From an uncultured Chloroflexia bacterium (GTDB lineage: Bacteria > Chloroflexota > Limnocylindria > Limnocylindrales > CSP1-4), in the NCBI GenBank assembly GCA_963749705.1, contig CAVVNQ010000003.1, positions 256,001-320,000 of the forward strand: a stretch of 64,000 nt of DNA, in the 5' to 3' direction. Each line of letters starts with the position of its first letter. Position 1 is the stretch's first letter. The notes beneath the pieces were generated by a model. It did not search any database, had not been told where the DNA came from, and saw nothing but the letters and a program-made list of their open reading frames with translations. The position numbers and the translations under genes were made by a program. Shown here one piece after another: positions 28,587-39,398 of the stretch.

Positions 28587-28925
28587 ATGAACGAGACGCA
28601 ACCCGCCGCCGCCCCTGACGCCGGCCTCGACCCGGCGTTCGATGCCCAGCGTCGCGCCACCGAGCTCGCGATCCTCGACGCGTTGCGCGCCGTCGTTGAT
28701 CCCGAGATCGGGATGAACGTCGTGGAGCTCGCGCTGATCCGCCAGATCATCCTCGGCCCGGACTCGACCGAGGTGAAGATGATCCTCACCACCCCGTTCT
28801 GTCCCTACGCCGGCGCGATGATCCAGCAGGTCAAGGAGCAGGCGGAGAGCGTGGTCGATCACCCCGTCAAGGTGACCCTGCTGGCCGAGCGCTGGGATCC
28901 GCGCGACGCCGGCCTGATGTGGTGA
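28587..28925 (+). CDS. sufT: Fe-S cluster assembly factor SufT (DUF59/PaaD-like)
   Basis: LRAVVDPEIGMNVVELALI, MILTTPFCP. Confidence 0.88.
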   Translation: MNETQPAAAPDAGLDPAFDAQRRATELAILDALRAVVDPEIGMNVVELALIRQIILGPDSTEVKMILTTPFCPYAGAMIQQVKEQAESVVDHPVKVTLLAERWDPRDAGLMW

Positions 28926-28952
28926 CCGGCGCCATATCCCGAGCCTGATCCG

Positions 28953-29621
28953 ATGACATCGCGCCGTATCTCGTTCGACTCCGCCGTGGCGACCGGCCGC
29001 GGCGATGACGGCACCACCGGGCTGCTGTTCGGCGGTGACCGTGTTCGCAAGGACGACCCGCGCACGGAGGCCTACGGCACCCTCGACGAGGCGGTGGCGG
29101 CGCTCGGCCTCGCGCGCGCCGAGCTCCGGATGAAGGCCGACTACGGGGTGCTGTCGCCCAGGTTCGGGGGGCTTGCCGACCTGATCCTGCGCTTCCAGCG
29201 CGAGCTGTTCGTCGCCGGCGCGGAGCTGGCCACCAACCCTGCCGCCCGGGCGAAGCAGCGTGACGGCGAGACCCGCGTGACCGCGGCGATGGTCGACGCG
29301 CTCGATGCCACGCTGCGCGAGACGGAGGCCGCGATCGAGCTGCCGCGCGAGTTCGTGGTCCCCGGGGAGACGCGCGTGAGCGCCGCGCTGGAGCTGGCGC
29401 GGACCATGATCCGGCGAGCCGAGCGGCGAACCGTGACGCTTGCCGCGGACGACCCCGAGATCGCCGCCAGCCCGCTCATGCCGTACCTCAACCGGCTCGC
29501 CGACCTGCTCTGGATCCTCGCGCGCGCGGCCGAGCAGGCCGAGGCCAGGGACGCAATCGCGGCCCGTCCCGCGGGACGTGGCGCGGACGCCCGAACGGCG
29601 TCACCCGAAAGGAGCGAATGA
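28953..29621 (+). CDS. pduO: ATP:cob(I)alamin adenosyltransferase (PduO type)
   Basis: TGRGDDGTTGL, EAYGTLDE, EFVVPG, RRAER, YLNRLADLL. Confidence 0.9.
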   Translation: MTSRRISFDSAVATGRGDDGTTGLLFGGDRVRKDDPRTEAYGTLDEAVAALGLARAELRMKADYGVLSPRFGGLADLILRFQRELFVAGAELATNPAARAKQRDGETRVTAAMVDALDATLRETEAAIELPREFVVPGETRVSAALELARTMIRRAERRTVTLAADDPEIAASPLMPYLNRLADLLWILARAAEQAEARDAIAARPAGRGADARTASPERSE

Positions 29622-30319
29622 TGCTTGGAACCCGGTACAGCCCCACGCAGCTCGGTGTCCGGCCGGCGCCGGAGCTCGTCCAGCGGCTGCTGATCGGCGC
29701 CTTCGGCTGGATGTTCGCCGGCCTGCTGATCAGCGCCGGCGTCGCCTTCGTGACCATGAGCAGCGATACGCTCATCAGCGCCGTCGCCGACATCTGGTTC
29801 CTGATTGCCATCGGGCAGTTCGCGCTCGCGATCGGCATCCAGGCGACGATCAACCGGCTGTCGCCGACCGCCAGCCTCGGGTTGTTCTTCGTCTTCGCGG
29901 CCTCGATGGGCCTCACGATCGGGGTCGTCGTCAGCGCCTACAACGGCCCGTCCGTTGCCGGCGCCTTCCTGTCGGCGAGCGCCATGTTCGGCGCGGCGGC
30001 GCTCTACGGCGCCACCACCCGGCGCGAGCTGGCCGGGATGGGCGGCATCCTGTTCATGGGCCTGATCGGGATCGTTGTCGCGTCGTTCGTGAACCTGGTG
30101 CTGGGCTCGGGCCTGGTCGGGTGGTTGCTCGCCCTTGGCGGCGTCGCCCTGTTCACGGTCCTCACCGCGTACGACGTGCAGCGGATCACCCGTGGCGACT
30201 ACGCCGCGTTCGCGGGCAGCCAGGAGAAGGCGTCGATCATGGCGGCGCTCCACCTGTACCTGGACTTCATCAACCTGTTCCTGTTCTTGCTTCGCCTGAT
30301 GGGCGGCACGCGCAACTAG
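29618..30319 (+). CDS. Bax inhibitor-1/YccA family membrane protein
   Basis: 7 TM, LTAYDVQRI, AALHLYLDFINLF. Confidence 0.92.
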   Translation: MMLGTRYSPTQLGVRPAPELVQRLLIGAFGWMFAGLLISAGVAFVTMSSDTLISAVADIWFLIAIGQFALAIGIQATINRLSPTASLGLFFVFAASMGLTIGVVVSAYNGPSVAGAFLSASAMFGAAALYGATTRRELAGMGGILFMGLIGIVVASFVNLVLGSGLVGWLLALGGVALFTVLTAYDVQRITRGDYAAFAGSQEKASIMAALHLYLDFINLFLFLLRLMGGTRN

Positions 30320-30364
30320 CGCAGGTCGCGCTGCGGGTGTCGCGCACGCCGCGGCCGCCGCAGC

Positions 30365-33300
30365 TCAGCCGGCGAGGGCCGGCAGCACGACCTGATCGCC
30401 CGGGCTCGCCGCGAGCAGGGCCTCCAGCTCCGCGGCGGGCAGCGGGCGAGCGTACAGGTATCCCTGGCCGCGATCGCAGGCCAGCTGGCGCAGCCAGGCG
30501 AGCTGCTCGGCCGTCTCGATCCCCTCGGCGACGACGTCGATGCCCAGGCCATGGGCCAGCCCGATGATCGCCTGGACGATGGGCAGGTTCGCGTCGTCCG
30601 ATCCCAGGCCGGCCACGAACGACTGGTCGATCTTGATCGTGTCGAGCGGCAGCCGCCGCAGATACGACAGCGACGAGTAGCCGGTCCCGAAGTCGTCCAG
30701 GACCAGCCGGACGCCGAGAGCGCGCAACCCGCGGAGACGCTCCACCGACGCCTCCGACTGGTCCATGACCACGCTCTCGGTGATCTCCAGCTCGAGCGTG
30801 GCGGGATCCAGCCCGGTCGCATCGAGGATCGCCGCGACGTCCTGCACGAGATCCGCCTGGGCGAACTCGCGAGCCGACAGGTTGACGCTGACGAACAGCG
30901 GTCCGGCGGATGGATGGCGCCGTTGCCAGTCACGCACCTGATCGCAGGCCGTGCGCAGGACCCAGCGACCGATGGGCAGGATCAGGCCCGTCTCCTCGGC
31001 CAGCGGAATGAACGACAGCGGGGGCACGATGCCGCGCTCGGGGTGCTGCCAGCGGAGCAGCGCCTCCACGCCCACGATGGCGCCGCACCGGAGGTCCACG
31101 AGCGGCTGGTAGTACAGCCGAAGCTCCGATCGCTCGAGCGCCCGCCGCAGGTCGTGCTCCAGGATGGCCCGGTCCATGGTCTCCGCGCTCATCTCGGGGT
31201 CGTAGCTGACCATCGATTGCACGGGGTCGGCCTTGGCGCGGTGGAGGGCGATCTCTGCCTGCTTGAGCACGTCGGCCGCCTGCATTCCGCGGATCCTGCC
31301 CACAGCCAGCCCGAGGCTTGCCCCGACCGCGACCTCCCGCCCGTCAAGGTCGAACGGCTTGGCGAACACGCGCTCGATCCGCGCCGCCACGCGCTCCGCC
31401 TCGCGAGCGCTGCGCAACGGGGCGAGCAGGATCCCGAACTCGTCGCTGCCCAGTCGGGCGACCGTGTCCGACCGACGTGCGGCGCGTGCCAGGCGGCGTG
31501 CGACCTGGACCAGGAGCGCGTCGCCGGCGGCATGGCCGAGGCTCTCGTTGACCATCTTGAACCGGTCGATGTCGAGCAGGATCATCCCGATCCGGCCGCC
31601 GCCGCCACGTGCCGCGACCGGGCCGGGGGTCCCGCGTCCGTCGCGCGTCCGTTCGCCGTCCGGGAATGGGGCATCGGCTGAGGCGTCGGACGATGCCTCG
31701 ACGAGCTCCGTCAGCCGATTGAGGAGGAGCGTGCGGTTCGGGAGCCCGGTGAGCACGTCGTGGAGCGCGGCGTGCGCGCGCTGCCGGACCTCGGTCTGGG
31801 CCCGCTCGAACAGGCGAGCGTTGTCGAGGGCGACGGACGCGAGCTGTGCGAACCGTGCGACGGCGGCGGTCTCGCGGTTCGAGAACGGGCGCGCGGGGAT
31901 GCCGGACGCCAGCCCGATGACGCCCAGCACCTCGTCGCCCGAGGTGAGTGGCACGGCGCATACCGCCCCGAACGATCCGATCTCCAGGTCCGGTGCCCGC
32001 TCGGCGTACCTGTCGTAGTCGTCGACGACCTGGGGCGACCCGCTGTGGACGACCGCCCAACCGAGGCCGGTCCCGGGTGGCAGGCGGTACCCGACGTGGG
32101 CTTCGAATGCGCCGATGCCGACCCGCGCCACGAGCTCCGACGATCCGCGGCCGTCGTCCTCGAGCAGGTACAGATAGCCGTGCTCGACGCCAACCATCCC
32201 GGCCGCGCGCTCGACGATCGCGTGCAGCAGCTGGGACGCTTCCAGCCGCTCGAGGAGCCGGAACGTGGTCTCATCGACCGCGGCCAGGAACAGGTCGCGG
32301 GTCGGATCGTTCGACGGCCCACGACCGACGTCGGTGGGCTTGGCCAGGTACAGGGCACGGTCCGCAGCCGCCACCACGTCGTCCTTGGTGGCGCCGTCGT
32401 CGGGGAAGCGCGCCAGCCCGACCGTGACCGTGACCAGCGGTCCATCGCTGGTCGTCAGGAGGGCGACAGCGGCGCGGACGCGCTCTGCGACCTCGCGCGC
32501 CTGGGCGATGGGCGTGCCCGTGAGGAGGATCGCGAACTCGTCGCCCCCGTACCGGTAGACGCGGTCGTCGGCGCGGATCGTGTCTCGCATCGCCATCCCG
32601 ATGCGCGACAGCAGCGCGTCTCCCGCCGGGTGGCCGTGGGCGTCGTTGTACGACTTGAACGAGTCCAGGTCGAGCATGAGCAGCACGAACGGGTCGCCCG
32701 CCTGGACCCACTCGCCGATCTCGCGCTGGAAGGCGCCGTGATTGCGGAGACCGGTCAACGCGTCACGCTCGGCGCGCGTCACGACCGCTCCGTGCGCCTC
32801 CGCGTTGCGAAGGGCGATCGACGCCTGGCCCGCGAACAGCTGGACGAGCTCGAACTCGTCCTGGTTGAAGTGCGCATCGTCCTCGCCCATCCGCGACAGG
32901 TTCAGCGTCCCGATGACCTCACCCGCGACCACCAGCGGGCACACGATCATCGACTCCGGCTCCTCGGTGGTGCCGGGGATGTGCATGGATCGCGGATCCA
33001 GGTGGGCGTCGTTGGCCAGCACCGCCTCGCGGTTGTGGACGACCCATCCGGTGATCCCGGCGTCGAGCGGGCCCTCGTGCGACAGGATCACCTCGGCGAA
33101 GCTGTCGCGCGCGACGACCGCCCGCCTGACCGCGGCGACGTGATCCACCCGGTAGATCGTGAGCGCGTCGTAGGACACGACGGTCTTGAGCGAGTCGGCG
33201 ATCATCTCGAGCACGCCGCCGGGATCGAGCGTCGCCATCAGCCGCTCGTTGACCTCGAGCAGGCGCCGCTGGCTCTCGAGCCGTCGGTGGAGCTCCTGCC

Positions 33301-34399
33301 GCTGACGGTGAACCTGGGCAAACGCCTCGGCATTCACGAGCGCCTGGGCCGCGTAGCCGGCGAAGATCTCCAGGGTCCGCTGATCGTCCTCGGAGTATCG
33401 GTCGTACCCGGACTTGGACACCACGATCACGCCCAGGACCCGTTCCTCGTATGACATCGGGACCAGCATCATGGACATCGAACCGCGCGACTCGCCGATG
33501 TGCCGCGCCCGGGGATCCGCGTACGCGTCGCCCAGGCGGATCGTGAGGTTGTGGAGCGCCACCCATCCGGTCAGGCCTTCACCGACGGCCAGCCTGAGCA
33601 TCTCGGGCGACGGATTGTCGGTCCCCGCGAACTCGCCCTGGAACGCCACCGGCTCGCACATCCGGGTGCCGTGGTCCACCCGGTAGACGCGGATGCTGTC
33701 GTGCTCGATGAGCTGGTCCGCCTCGGCGACGATCGCCTCGCCGATCCCCTCGACATCCTGGATCCGGCTGAGCCGCGACGACAGCTCCTGGATCGCACGG
33801 AGCCTTGCCGCGCCGTCCTGGACGGAGCTGTACAGCCGGCCGTTGACGACCGCCGAGGCGATCTGGTGGACGAACGCTCCGAGGAGTGCGACCTCGTCCG
33901 GGGTCCAGTCATACGCGTCCCGGTGGGCGACGACGAGCATGCCGACCGGATCCTCGCGGAACCGGAGCGGGGCGATGGCCACGTTGTGGAGCTTCTCGCT
34001 TCGGAAGACCGCGAGCAGCTCCGGGCCAAGGTCGTGCTGGTCCAGGATGATCGGCCGCCGCTCGCGCATCGCGCGCTCGCCGAGGATGGGCAGGTCGGCC
34101 GCTGCCCGGGTCGCCTCGTCGACCACGCCGAGGTCCGCGCCCCGCAGCGCCACCAGCCGGAACGGATGGGATCCGGGCTCGAGGAGCCACAGCCCCGCGA
34201 CGTCGGCGCCGAACAGTGCCTGGGATGCGTCGAGCACATCCTCGAACACCGCTCCAAGCTCGAGGTTCGCGTTGACACCGGCCACGATCCGGTCCAGCGC
34301 CGAAGCCCGGTCGTCCGGCTTTCGGACCCCGGATCCCGGTGTGGCTGTCGGTCGCGGGCCGCGTCCGATCGTGTTGCCCCTTTCGAGCGCAGTCGCCAT
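30365..34399 (-). CDS. Multi-sensor c-di-GMP enzyme: GAF x3-GGDEF-GAF-GGDEF(degenerate)-EAL
   Basis: [14 protein letters not shown]; second [17 protein letters not shown]; [17 protein letters not shown]; start codon approximate. Confidence 0.88.
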   Translation of the reverse strand: MATALERGNTIGRGPRPTATPGSGVRKPDDRASALDRIVAGVNANLELGAVFEDVLDASQALFGADVAGLWLLEPGSHPFRLVALRGADLGVVDEATRAAADLPILGERAMRERRPIILDQHDLGPELLAVFRSEKLHNVAIAPLRFREDPVGMLVVAHRDAYDWTPDEVALLGAFVHQIASAVVNGRLYSSVQDGAARLRAIQELSSRLSRIQDVEGIGEAIVAEADQLIEHDSIRVYRVDHGTRMCEPVAFQGEFAGTDNPSPEMLRLAVGEGLTGWVALHNLTIRLGDAYADPRARHIGESRGSMSMMLVPMSYEERVLGVIVVSKSGYDRYSEDDQRTLEIFAGYAAQALVNAEAFAQVHRQRQELHRRLESQRRLLEVNERLMATLDPGGVLEMIADSLKTVVSYDALTIYRVDHVAAVRRAVVARDSFAEVILSHEGPLDAGITGWVVHNREAVLANDAHLDPRSMHIPGTTEEPESMIVCPLVVAGEVIGTLNLSRMGEDDAHFNQDEFELVQLFAGQASIALRNAEAHGAVVTRAERDALTGLRNHGAFQREIGEWVQAGDPFVLLMLDLDSFKSYNDAHGHPAGDALLSRIGMAMRDTIRADDRVYRYGGDEFAILLTGTPIAQAREVAERVRAAVALLTTSDGPLVTVTVGLARFPDDGATKDDVVAAADRALYLAKPTDVGRGPSNDPTRDLFLAAVDETTFRLLERLEASQLLHAIVERAAGMVGVEHGYLYLLEDDGRGSSELVARVGIGAFEAHVGYRLPPGTGLGWAVVHSGSPQVVDDYDRYAERAPDLEIGSFGAVCAVPLTSGDEVLGVIGLASGIPARPFSNRETAAVARFAQLASVALDNARLFERAQTEVRQRAHAALHDVLTGLPNRTLLLNRLTELVEASSDASADAPFPDGERTRDGRGTPGPVAARGGGGRIGMILLDIDRFKMVNESLGHAAGDALLVQVARRLARAARRSDTVARLGSDEFGILLAPLRSAREAERVAARIERVFAKPFDLDGREVAVGASLGLAVGRIRGMQAADVLKQAEIALHRAKADPVQSMVSYDPEMSAETMDRAILEHDLRRALERSELRLYYQPLVDLRCGAIVGVEALLRWQHPERGIVPPLSFIPLAEETGLILPIGRWVLRTACDQVRDWQRRHPSAGPLFVSVNLSAREFAQADLVQDVAAILDATGLDPATLELEITESVVMDQSEASVERLRGLRALGVRLVLDDFGTGYSSLSYLRRLPLDTIKIDQSFVAGLGSDDANLPIVQAIIGLAHGLGIDVVAEGIETAEQLAWLRQLACDRGQGYLYARPLPAAELEALLAASPGDQVVLPALAG

Positions 34400-34715
34400 T
34401 TGGGGGTCGTGGCTGCCCCATGGTCCTCGCAGAGCGCCCTTGCCAGACGTTCCTGATCGAGGTGTCAACTGGCACCGTAACGATCCGTTCGCCGCCGGAC
34501 GATAGGCCGGTGGTACTCCCGCGGGCGGCCCGCCGGGTCCACGTTCGCGACCGGAACGCATCCCATTCGGCCCGGGCCGCGGCGCCGTCGGCGGCTCCCG
34601 GTTCGCCCATCCGGCTCTCCAGTCCGACGGTCGCGAGCCGGACACTGGTCGGGCGACAGGGATCCGCCGACGCTGGGCTTGTGCCGGTGGACGCGGAACG
34701 CTCGCCAGGAGACGG

Positions 34716-35231
34716 ATGATGAAGGTGCTCGTCAGTGCGGCCTCACGGCATGGCGCCACGACCGAGGTGGCCGATGCGATTGCCGCTGCGCTCACCGCCG
34801 CGGGCGTGGATGCGGTCCTGACCCCGCCGGGCGAGGTGACGACCGTCGAAGGCTTCGATGGCGCCGTCATCGGGTCGGCGGTGTACGTCGGGCGTTGGCT
34901 CGAGCCGGCGAGGGAGCTCGTCGAGCGACATCGGGACGCGCTGACCGCGATCCCCGTCTGGCTGTTCTCGAGTGGGCCCATCGGCGATCCGCCCAAGCCG
35001 ATCGACGATCCCATCGACGCGCCCACCATGCGCGCCCTCGTCGGAGCCCGCGAGCACCGCCTGATCCCGGGGCAGATCGACAAGAAGCGGCTCGGCCTGG
35101 GCGAGCGCGCGATCCTCGCGGCGGTGCGCGCACCCGAGGGCGACTTCCGTCCGTGGGCGGAGATCGAGGCCTGGGCGCTCGAGATCGCGGCGGCGCTGCG
35201 CGAGGTCAGGCGACCCGTCGCGGCGCGCTGA
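34716..35231 (+). CDS. Flavodoxin-domain protein (HemG-like)
   Basis: [39 protein letters not shown]. Confidence 0.85.
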   Translation: MMKVLVSAASRHGATTEVADAIAAALTAAGVDAVLTPPGEVTTVEGFDGAVIGSAVYVGRWLEPARELVERHRDALTAIPVWLFSSGPIGDPPKPIDDPIDAPTMRALVGAREHRLIPGQIDKKRLGLGERAILAAVRAPEGDFRPWAEIEAWALEIAAALREVRRPVAAR

Positions 35232-35374
35232 CCGCGCCGCTCGGCGACTCCAGAAGGGCGGGGATCCGGTCACCCGCTCGGCGGCTGCCCGCTCCGGGTT
35301 CCACCGCGCCCATTCCCAACGGGTTGAGAATGGACGCCGGGCGCGGCTGGCGCGCCGCCAACGGAGGCTGCACG

Positions 35375-35977
35375 ATGCGGATTGCGATCCTGGGAGCGGG
35401 CAACGTGGGCGGAGGGCTCGGCAAGGCGTTCGCGGCGGTCGGGCACGAGGTGGCGTTCGGGGTTCGCGATCCCGAGAGCACCAAGACCATGGCGGCATTG
35501 GCCGACATCCCGGACGCGACCGCGACCTCGCCCGAGGATGCGGTCAACGGCGCGGACGTGATCGTGTTCGCCGTGCGCCCGGTCGCGATGCACGCGATGA
35601 CCCAGGACCTGCCGCCGCTCGACGGGCGGATCGTCATCGACGCCATGAACCGCTTCGACGGCGACCCCGGACGATCGACGGTCGACGACCTGGCGCAGCT
35701 CATCCCCGGCGCCCGGCTGGTCAAGGCGTTCAACACGATCGGGTTCGAGAACTACGCGACGGCTCGCGAGCGCCGCACGCAGGCCGCCATGTTCGTGGCC
35801 GGTGACGACCCGGATGCCAAGGGGGTGGCGCTCGGCCTGGCTGCCGAGATCGGGTTCGCGGCGGAGGACGCGGGCGGCCTGGCCAACGCCCGCTCGCTCG
35901 AGGAGATGGTCAAGGTCTGGCTGGTGCTGTCGCAGACGCACGGGCGCAACGTGGGCTTCGCGATCTCACTTGGCTGA
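35375..35977 (+). CDS. NADPH-dependent F420 reductase-like dinucleotide-binding oxidoreductase
   Basis: IAILGAGNVG, IVIDAMN, LVKAFNT, AGDD; GGAGG RBS. Confidence 0.85.
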   Translation: MRIAILGAGNVGGGLGKAFAAVGHEVAFGVRDPESTKTMAALADIPDATATSPEDAVNGADVIVFAVRPVAMHAMTQDLPPLDGRIVIDAMNRFDGDPGRSTVDDLAQLIPGARLVKAFNTIGFENYATARERRTQAAMFVAGDDPDAKGVALGLAAEIGFAAEDAGGLANARSLEEMVKVWLVLSQTHGRNVGFAISLG

Positions 35978-36030
35978 CGTGCCTGCGTTGGCGCGGTCGG
36001 AGCTCGCGCAGGATCACGGCATCGGTTACG

Positions 36031-36570
36031 TCAGCCTGTTGGCACCCAGAACCGCAGCTTGCCGGCGCGCTCGTCCTCGAGCCGGCCGCCGTTGCGCTCG
36101 ATGACCGTGCGGGAGCCGACGTTGTCGACATCGCAGGTGACGAGAGCACGCTCGATGCCGAGACCCGCAGCGATCGCCAGGCCCTCGTGCAGCATCGCCG
36201 TCGCGTGCCCGCGCCGCCGCGCCGACGGCCGCACGTCGTAGCCGATATGGCCCCCCGCCTCGAGCAGGAACGGCGTCAGGCGGTGGCGGATCCCGATCCG
36301 TCCCAGGAACTCGTCCTCGCCGACCCACCACAGCTCGGTGGCCGGCACCCAGCCATCGGGGCGCGGCGTCTCCTCGAGTCGTTCCGCCCGGACCGCGGCG
36401 CAGAACGCCGCGAATGCCCGGTCGGTCGACCACGCATCGGCGCGATCGCGAACATAGCCGCCGATGACCGTGCGGTCGTCCGGCGCGCCCCGCCCTTCGG
36501 CCGCGAACTCGGCCATCGCCGCAGCGAACGAGGCGCGAAGACGGTGGTTCGGCGCGGACAGCTCAGCCAT
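36031..36570 (-). CDS. GNAT acetyltransferase
   Basis: GWVPAT, GRIGIRHRL, GGHIGYDVRPSARRRGHAT, LVTCDVDNVGS. Confidence 0.88.
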   Translation of the reverse strand: MAELSAPNHRLRASFAAAMAEFAAEGRGAPDDRTVIGGYVRDRADAWSTDRAFAAFCAAVRAERLEETPRPDGWVPATELWWVGEDEFLGRIGIRHRLTPFLLEAGGHIGYDVRPSARRRGHATAMLHEGLAIAAGLGIERALVTCDVDNVGSRTVIERNGGRLEDERAGKLRFWVPTG

Positions 36571-36919
36571 GATCGGATTGTTGCGGACTGCGGCGCCTCT
36601 TATCACGACGCAGCGTGAACCGACGCCGGTAGCCAGATCCTTTCCTGGCAAATGCCCGCGGGGCGAGCATTGGCCAGCGTCCCGAGCCCGAGCATTCCCC
36701 CCAGCCGCTCGCCAGCCCACCGCTCGAGCACGGTTGGCCGCGCTGCTCGGGTGGTCGACCGTCACCTGCGCTCCGAAATGCCCGTTGCCGCCCGGGCACG
36801 CTGGCGAACGCCCATCGCCTGGTCATGTGTCATGCCCGGACGGGTTCCCGACGTCGGGCAACACCTCGCATCGCGCCGGCTGAGTGCGAGGCGGCCGACC
36901 GAGGCGGAGGGCCGGGTGC

Positions 36920-36949
36920 TTGACATGTGACTATCTGGTCACGTATTGT
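36920..36949 (+). promoter_or_regulatory. Promoter TTGACA-18-TATTGT with GTGAC-N6-GTCAC operator (ArsR autoregulation)
   Basis: Palindrome at 36927-36942 lies in the spacer; ATG 7 nt after the -10. Confidence 0.75.
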
Positions 36950-36956
36950 GCCGGCC

Positions 36957-37709
36957 ATGGACGAGGTGTTCCGAGCCCTGGCCGACCCCACCCGGCGGCG
37001 CCTGCTCGACGAGCTGTTCCGCGAGGACGGCCAGTCGCTGACAGCGCTCGAATCGCGGTTCGGGATGTCGCGCTTCGGGGTCATGAAGCACCTGAGGATC
37101 CTGGAGGACGCCGGCCTGGTCGTCACCCGACGGCGCGGCCGCGAGAAGCTCCATTTCCTCAACCCCGTCCCCATCCGGCTCGTCCACGATCGGTGGGTGA
37201 GCAAGTACGCAGCGCCCTGGGCGGCAGCGCTCAGCGGCCTCAAGCAGGAGCTGGAGCGTCCCATGGAGAAGGTGTTCGAGATCTACATCAAGACGACCCC
37301 GGAGCGGCTGTGGGAGGCGATCACCGACCCGGAGATCCGGGCGAAGTACAACTTCGGCGCCCGCCAGATGTCGGACTTCACGCCGGGATCGACCTACCAG
37401 ATGGGGGCACCGGGGGCACCGGGACCGCTGGGCGAAGGCGTCAACCTCGAGGTCGATCCGCCGCGCCGGCTCGTCCAGAGCATGGTCGCGTTGTGGGGCG
37501 AGGACGTGAAGGCCGAGGGCACGTCGCGGGTGACCTGGGAGATCGAGCCCGTCGGCGACTCGTGCCACCTCACGGTCACCCATGACCAGCTCCGCGAAGG
37601 TGCCAACGAGCAGCTGTACGGCGGCTGGCCGATGATCCTGTCCGGGCTCAAGACCTGGCTCGAGACCGGTGAGCTGCTCACCACGCCCGGCTCGCTGATG
37701 TACACCTGA
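36957..37709 (+). CDS. ArsR HTH-SRPBCC (AHSA1) fusion regulator
   Basis: VFRALADPTRR, SRFGVMKHL, GREKLHFLN; then YIKTTPERLWEAITDP, GGWPMILSGLKT. Confidence 0.9.
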   Translation: MDEVFRALADPTRRRLLDELFREDGQSLTALESRFGMSRFGVMKHLRILEDAGLVVTRRRGREKLHFLNPVPIRLVHDRWVSKYAAPWAAALSGLKQELERPMEKVFEIYIKTTPERLWEAITDPEIRAKYNFGARQMSDFTPGSTYQMGAPGAPGPLGEGVNLEVDPPRRLVQSMVALWGEDVKAEGTSRVTWEIEPVGDSCHLTVTHDQLREGANEQLYGGWPMILSGLKTWLETGELLTTPGSLMYT

Positions 37710-37957
37710 GCCGCGCCCTCGGCGCGACGTCGGGCGTCGGCAGCACGTCTGTTCGGGCCTCGGAACGGAGGTACTGACGACCCCGTACTTCCGGCCAATT
37801 CTCCCGACGACCAAATCGCGGTTGTCTTGTGCAGTCAGGTACGGACCGACCCCGTACGAACAGGGCAGTCGGTACTGGGACAGACCAGGCGTCTGGGACG
37901 TCAGCGTGTCCCCAATGGCGGCCTAAGCGCTCTCACATTTCCGCAGGAGTGCCCCCG

Positions 37958-39346
37958 GTGGAATGGAGCCAAGCGTCACCGTCCCTACTCGTTGCTGCCG
38001 CCGCACCGCGGCGCCGGCCTGATCCCGTCCTCCGAGCGAGACCGCTCGCGCGCCTGAGACGGATACGCCTCGAATCGCGCGAGCGCCTTGCCATCTGGGT
38101 TTCGTTTCAGGTGCTCGCCGCGACCGGCATGTTCGCGATCGTGCTCGCCAACATCTCCCTCAGGGCCGAGATCGCGCTGCCCTGGCCGGGACTCGCTCCC
38201 GACACCGCCCTCCTGGCGGGGATCGTGTTCTGGCTGGTGTTCGGCCTGCTCGGCGGCGTGCGGGCGCACGCGAGGCCCGGTGGTGGCGTCATGACCTTCA
38301 GCATGCCGTTCATCGTCGCCGGGACGATCCTCGGCGGACCGCTCGTGGGTGGCCTGATGGCCCTCGTTTCGGAGCTCGAGGCTCGCGAGCTGCGGACGCA
38401 GCCGTGGTACGGGATCCTCGCCAACCACTCCGTGTCGATCATTGCCGCGATCGCCGCTGCCTGGGCCGCCGACCTCGCGCGGTCCGTGTTCACGCCGGCG
38501 CTGCCCGCGCAGCAGCCGCTCCAATTCTTCGTGGTTGCGATGGTGACGGCGACCGTGTTCGGCGTGGTCAGCTTCGTCCTCGTCGTCCCGACCCTCGCCC
38601 TGCGGGGCGAGCTCAGCCTGGCGGAAGCCAGTCGTTCGGCGGACGCCACGTTTCGAGCCACATCGGTCGGCGAGGGCATCCTGGCCTGGCTGATGGCCGC
38701 GACCTACCCCCTGATCGGCTGGTGGGCGCCGATTGCCTGCATCGTCCTCGTCCTGATCACGTGGCAGGCGCACGATCGATCGGAGGCGCTTCGCCACGAC
38801 GAGAAGACCGGGCTGTTCAATGACGCCGGGTTCAATCCCCGACTCATCGCAGCGGTCGAAACGGCCCGCAAGGGCCATCGCTCCGCGGCGTTCGTGCTGC
38901 TCGATCTCGACCGGTTCAAGGCGGTCAACGACATCTGGTTCTACGAGGCCGGCGACGAGGTCCTGCGGGCGACGGCGCTCCGGATGCTCGCGGCCGTCCG
39001 CGCGACCGACTGCGTCGCGCGCATGAACCGCGCCGGCGACGAGTTCGCGGTCCTGCTTGACGACATCCGCGACGTCGCGATGGCCCAGCGGCTCGCCGAG
39101 CGCCTGCAGTCCAGGATCCGCGAACCGATCCGGCTGCGGAGTCGCGACGGCATCGTCGACGTCGACGCGTCGATCGGTGTCGTGCTCCTCGAGCGCGGGA
39201 CGTCCTTCACGGCGGCCGATGTCGTGCGGATCGCCGACGCGCGGATGCAGCGAGGCAAGGCACTCGGCTCGGGGATCGTCACCGATGGCGACGACGACGA
39301 AGCCGCGTTCGAGGAGCGCCGCGCGCGAGTGCCGTCCCGCGTCTGA
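37958..39346 (+). CDS. Membrane-bound GGDEF-domain protein (AGDEF variant)
   Basis: About 7 TM helices, DEKTGLFN, DLDRFKAVND, RAGDEF, ASIG; GTG start after AGGAG (approximate). Confidence 0.8.
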   Translation: MEWSQASPSLLVAAAAPRRRPDPVLRARPLARLRRIRLESRERLAIWVSFQVLAATGMFAIVLANISLRAEIALPWPGLAPDTALLAGIVFWLVFGLLGGVRAHARPGGGVMTFSMPFIVAGTILGGPLVGGLMALVSELEARELRTQPWYGILANHSVSIIAAIAAAWAADLARSVFTPALPAQQPLQFFVVAMVTATVFGVVSFVLVVPTLALRGELSLAEASRSADATFRATSVGEGILAWLMAATYPLIGWWAPIACIVLVLITWQAHDRSEALRHDEKTGLFNDAGFNPRLIAAVETARKGHRSAAFVLLDLDRFKAVNDIWFYEAGDEVLRATALRMLAAVRATDCVARMNRAGDEFAVLLDDIRDVAMAQRLAERLQSRIREPIRLRSRDGIVDVDASIGVVLLERGTSFTAADVVRIADARMQRGKALGSGIVTDGDDDEAAFEERRARVPSRV

Positions 39347-39398
39347 GCGCCCATTTCCTGCAGCCAGTGCTCCGAACACATCCTGGGAGGTTCATCCA

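Noticed and set aside
34400-34715. c-di-GMP riboswitch upstream of the GGDEF/EAL gene, and the N-terminal ORF extension to 35083
   Set aside because: No GEMM-type GCAAA/GAAA tetraloop-receptor pattern was recognisable; the extension overlaps the flavodoxin gene on the opposite strand and is low-complexity
36571-36919. ncRNA or riboswitch in the 350-bp GNAT-arsR intergenic region
   Set aside because: Only generic GC hairpins; no recognisable family motif
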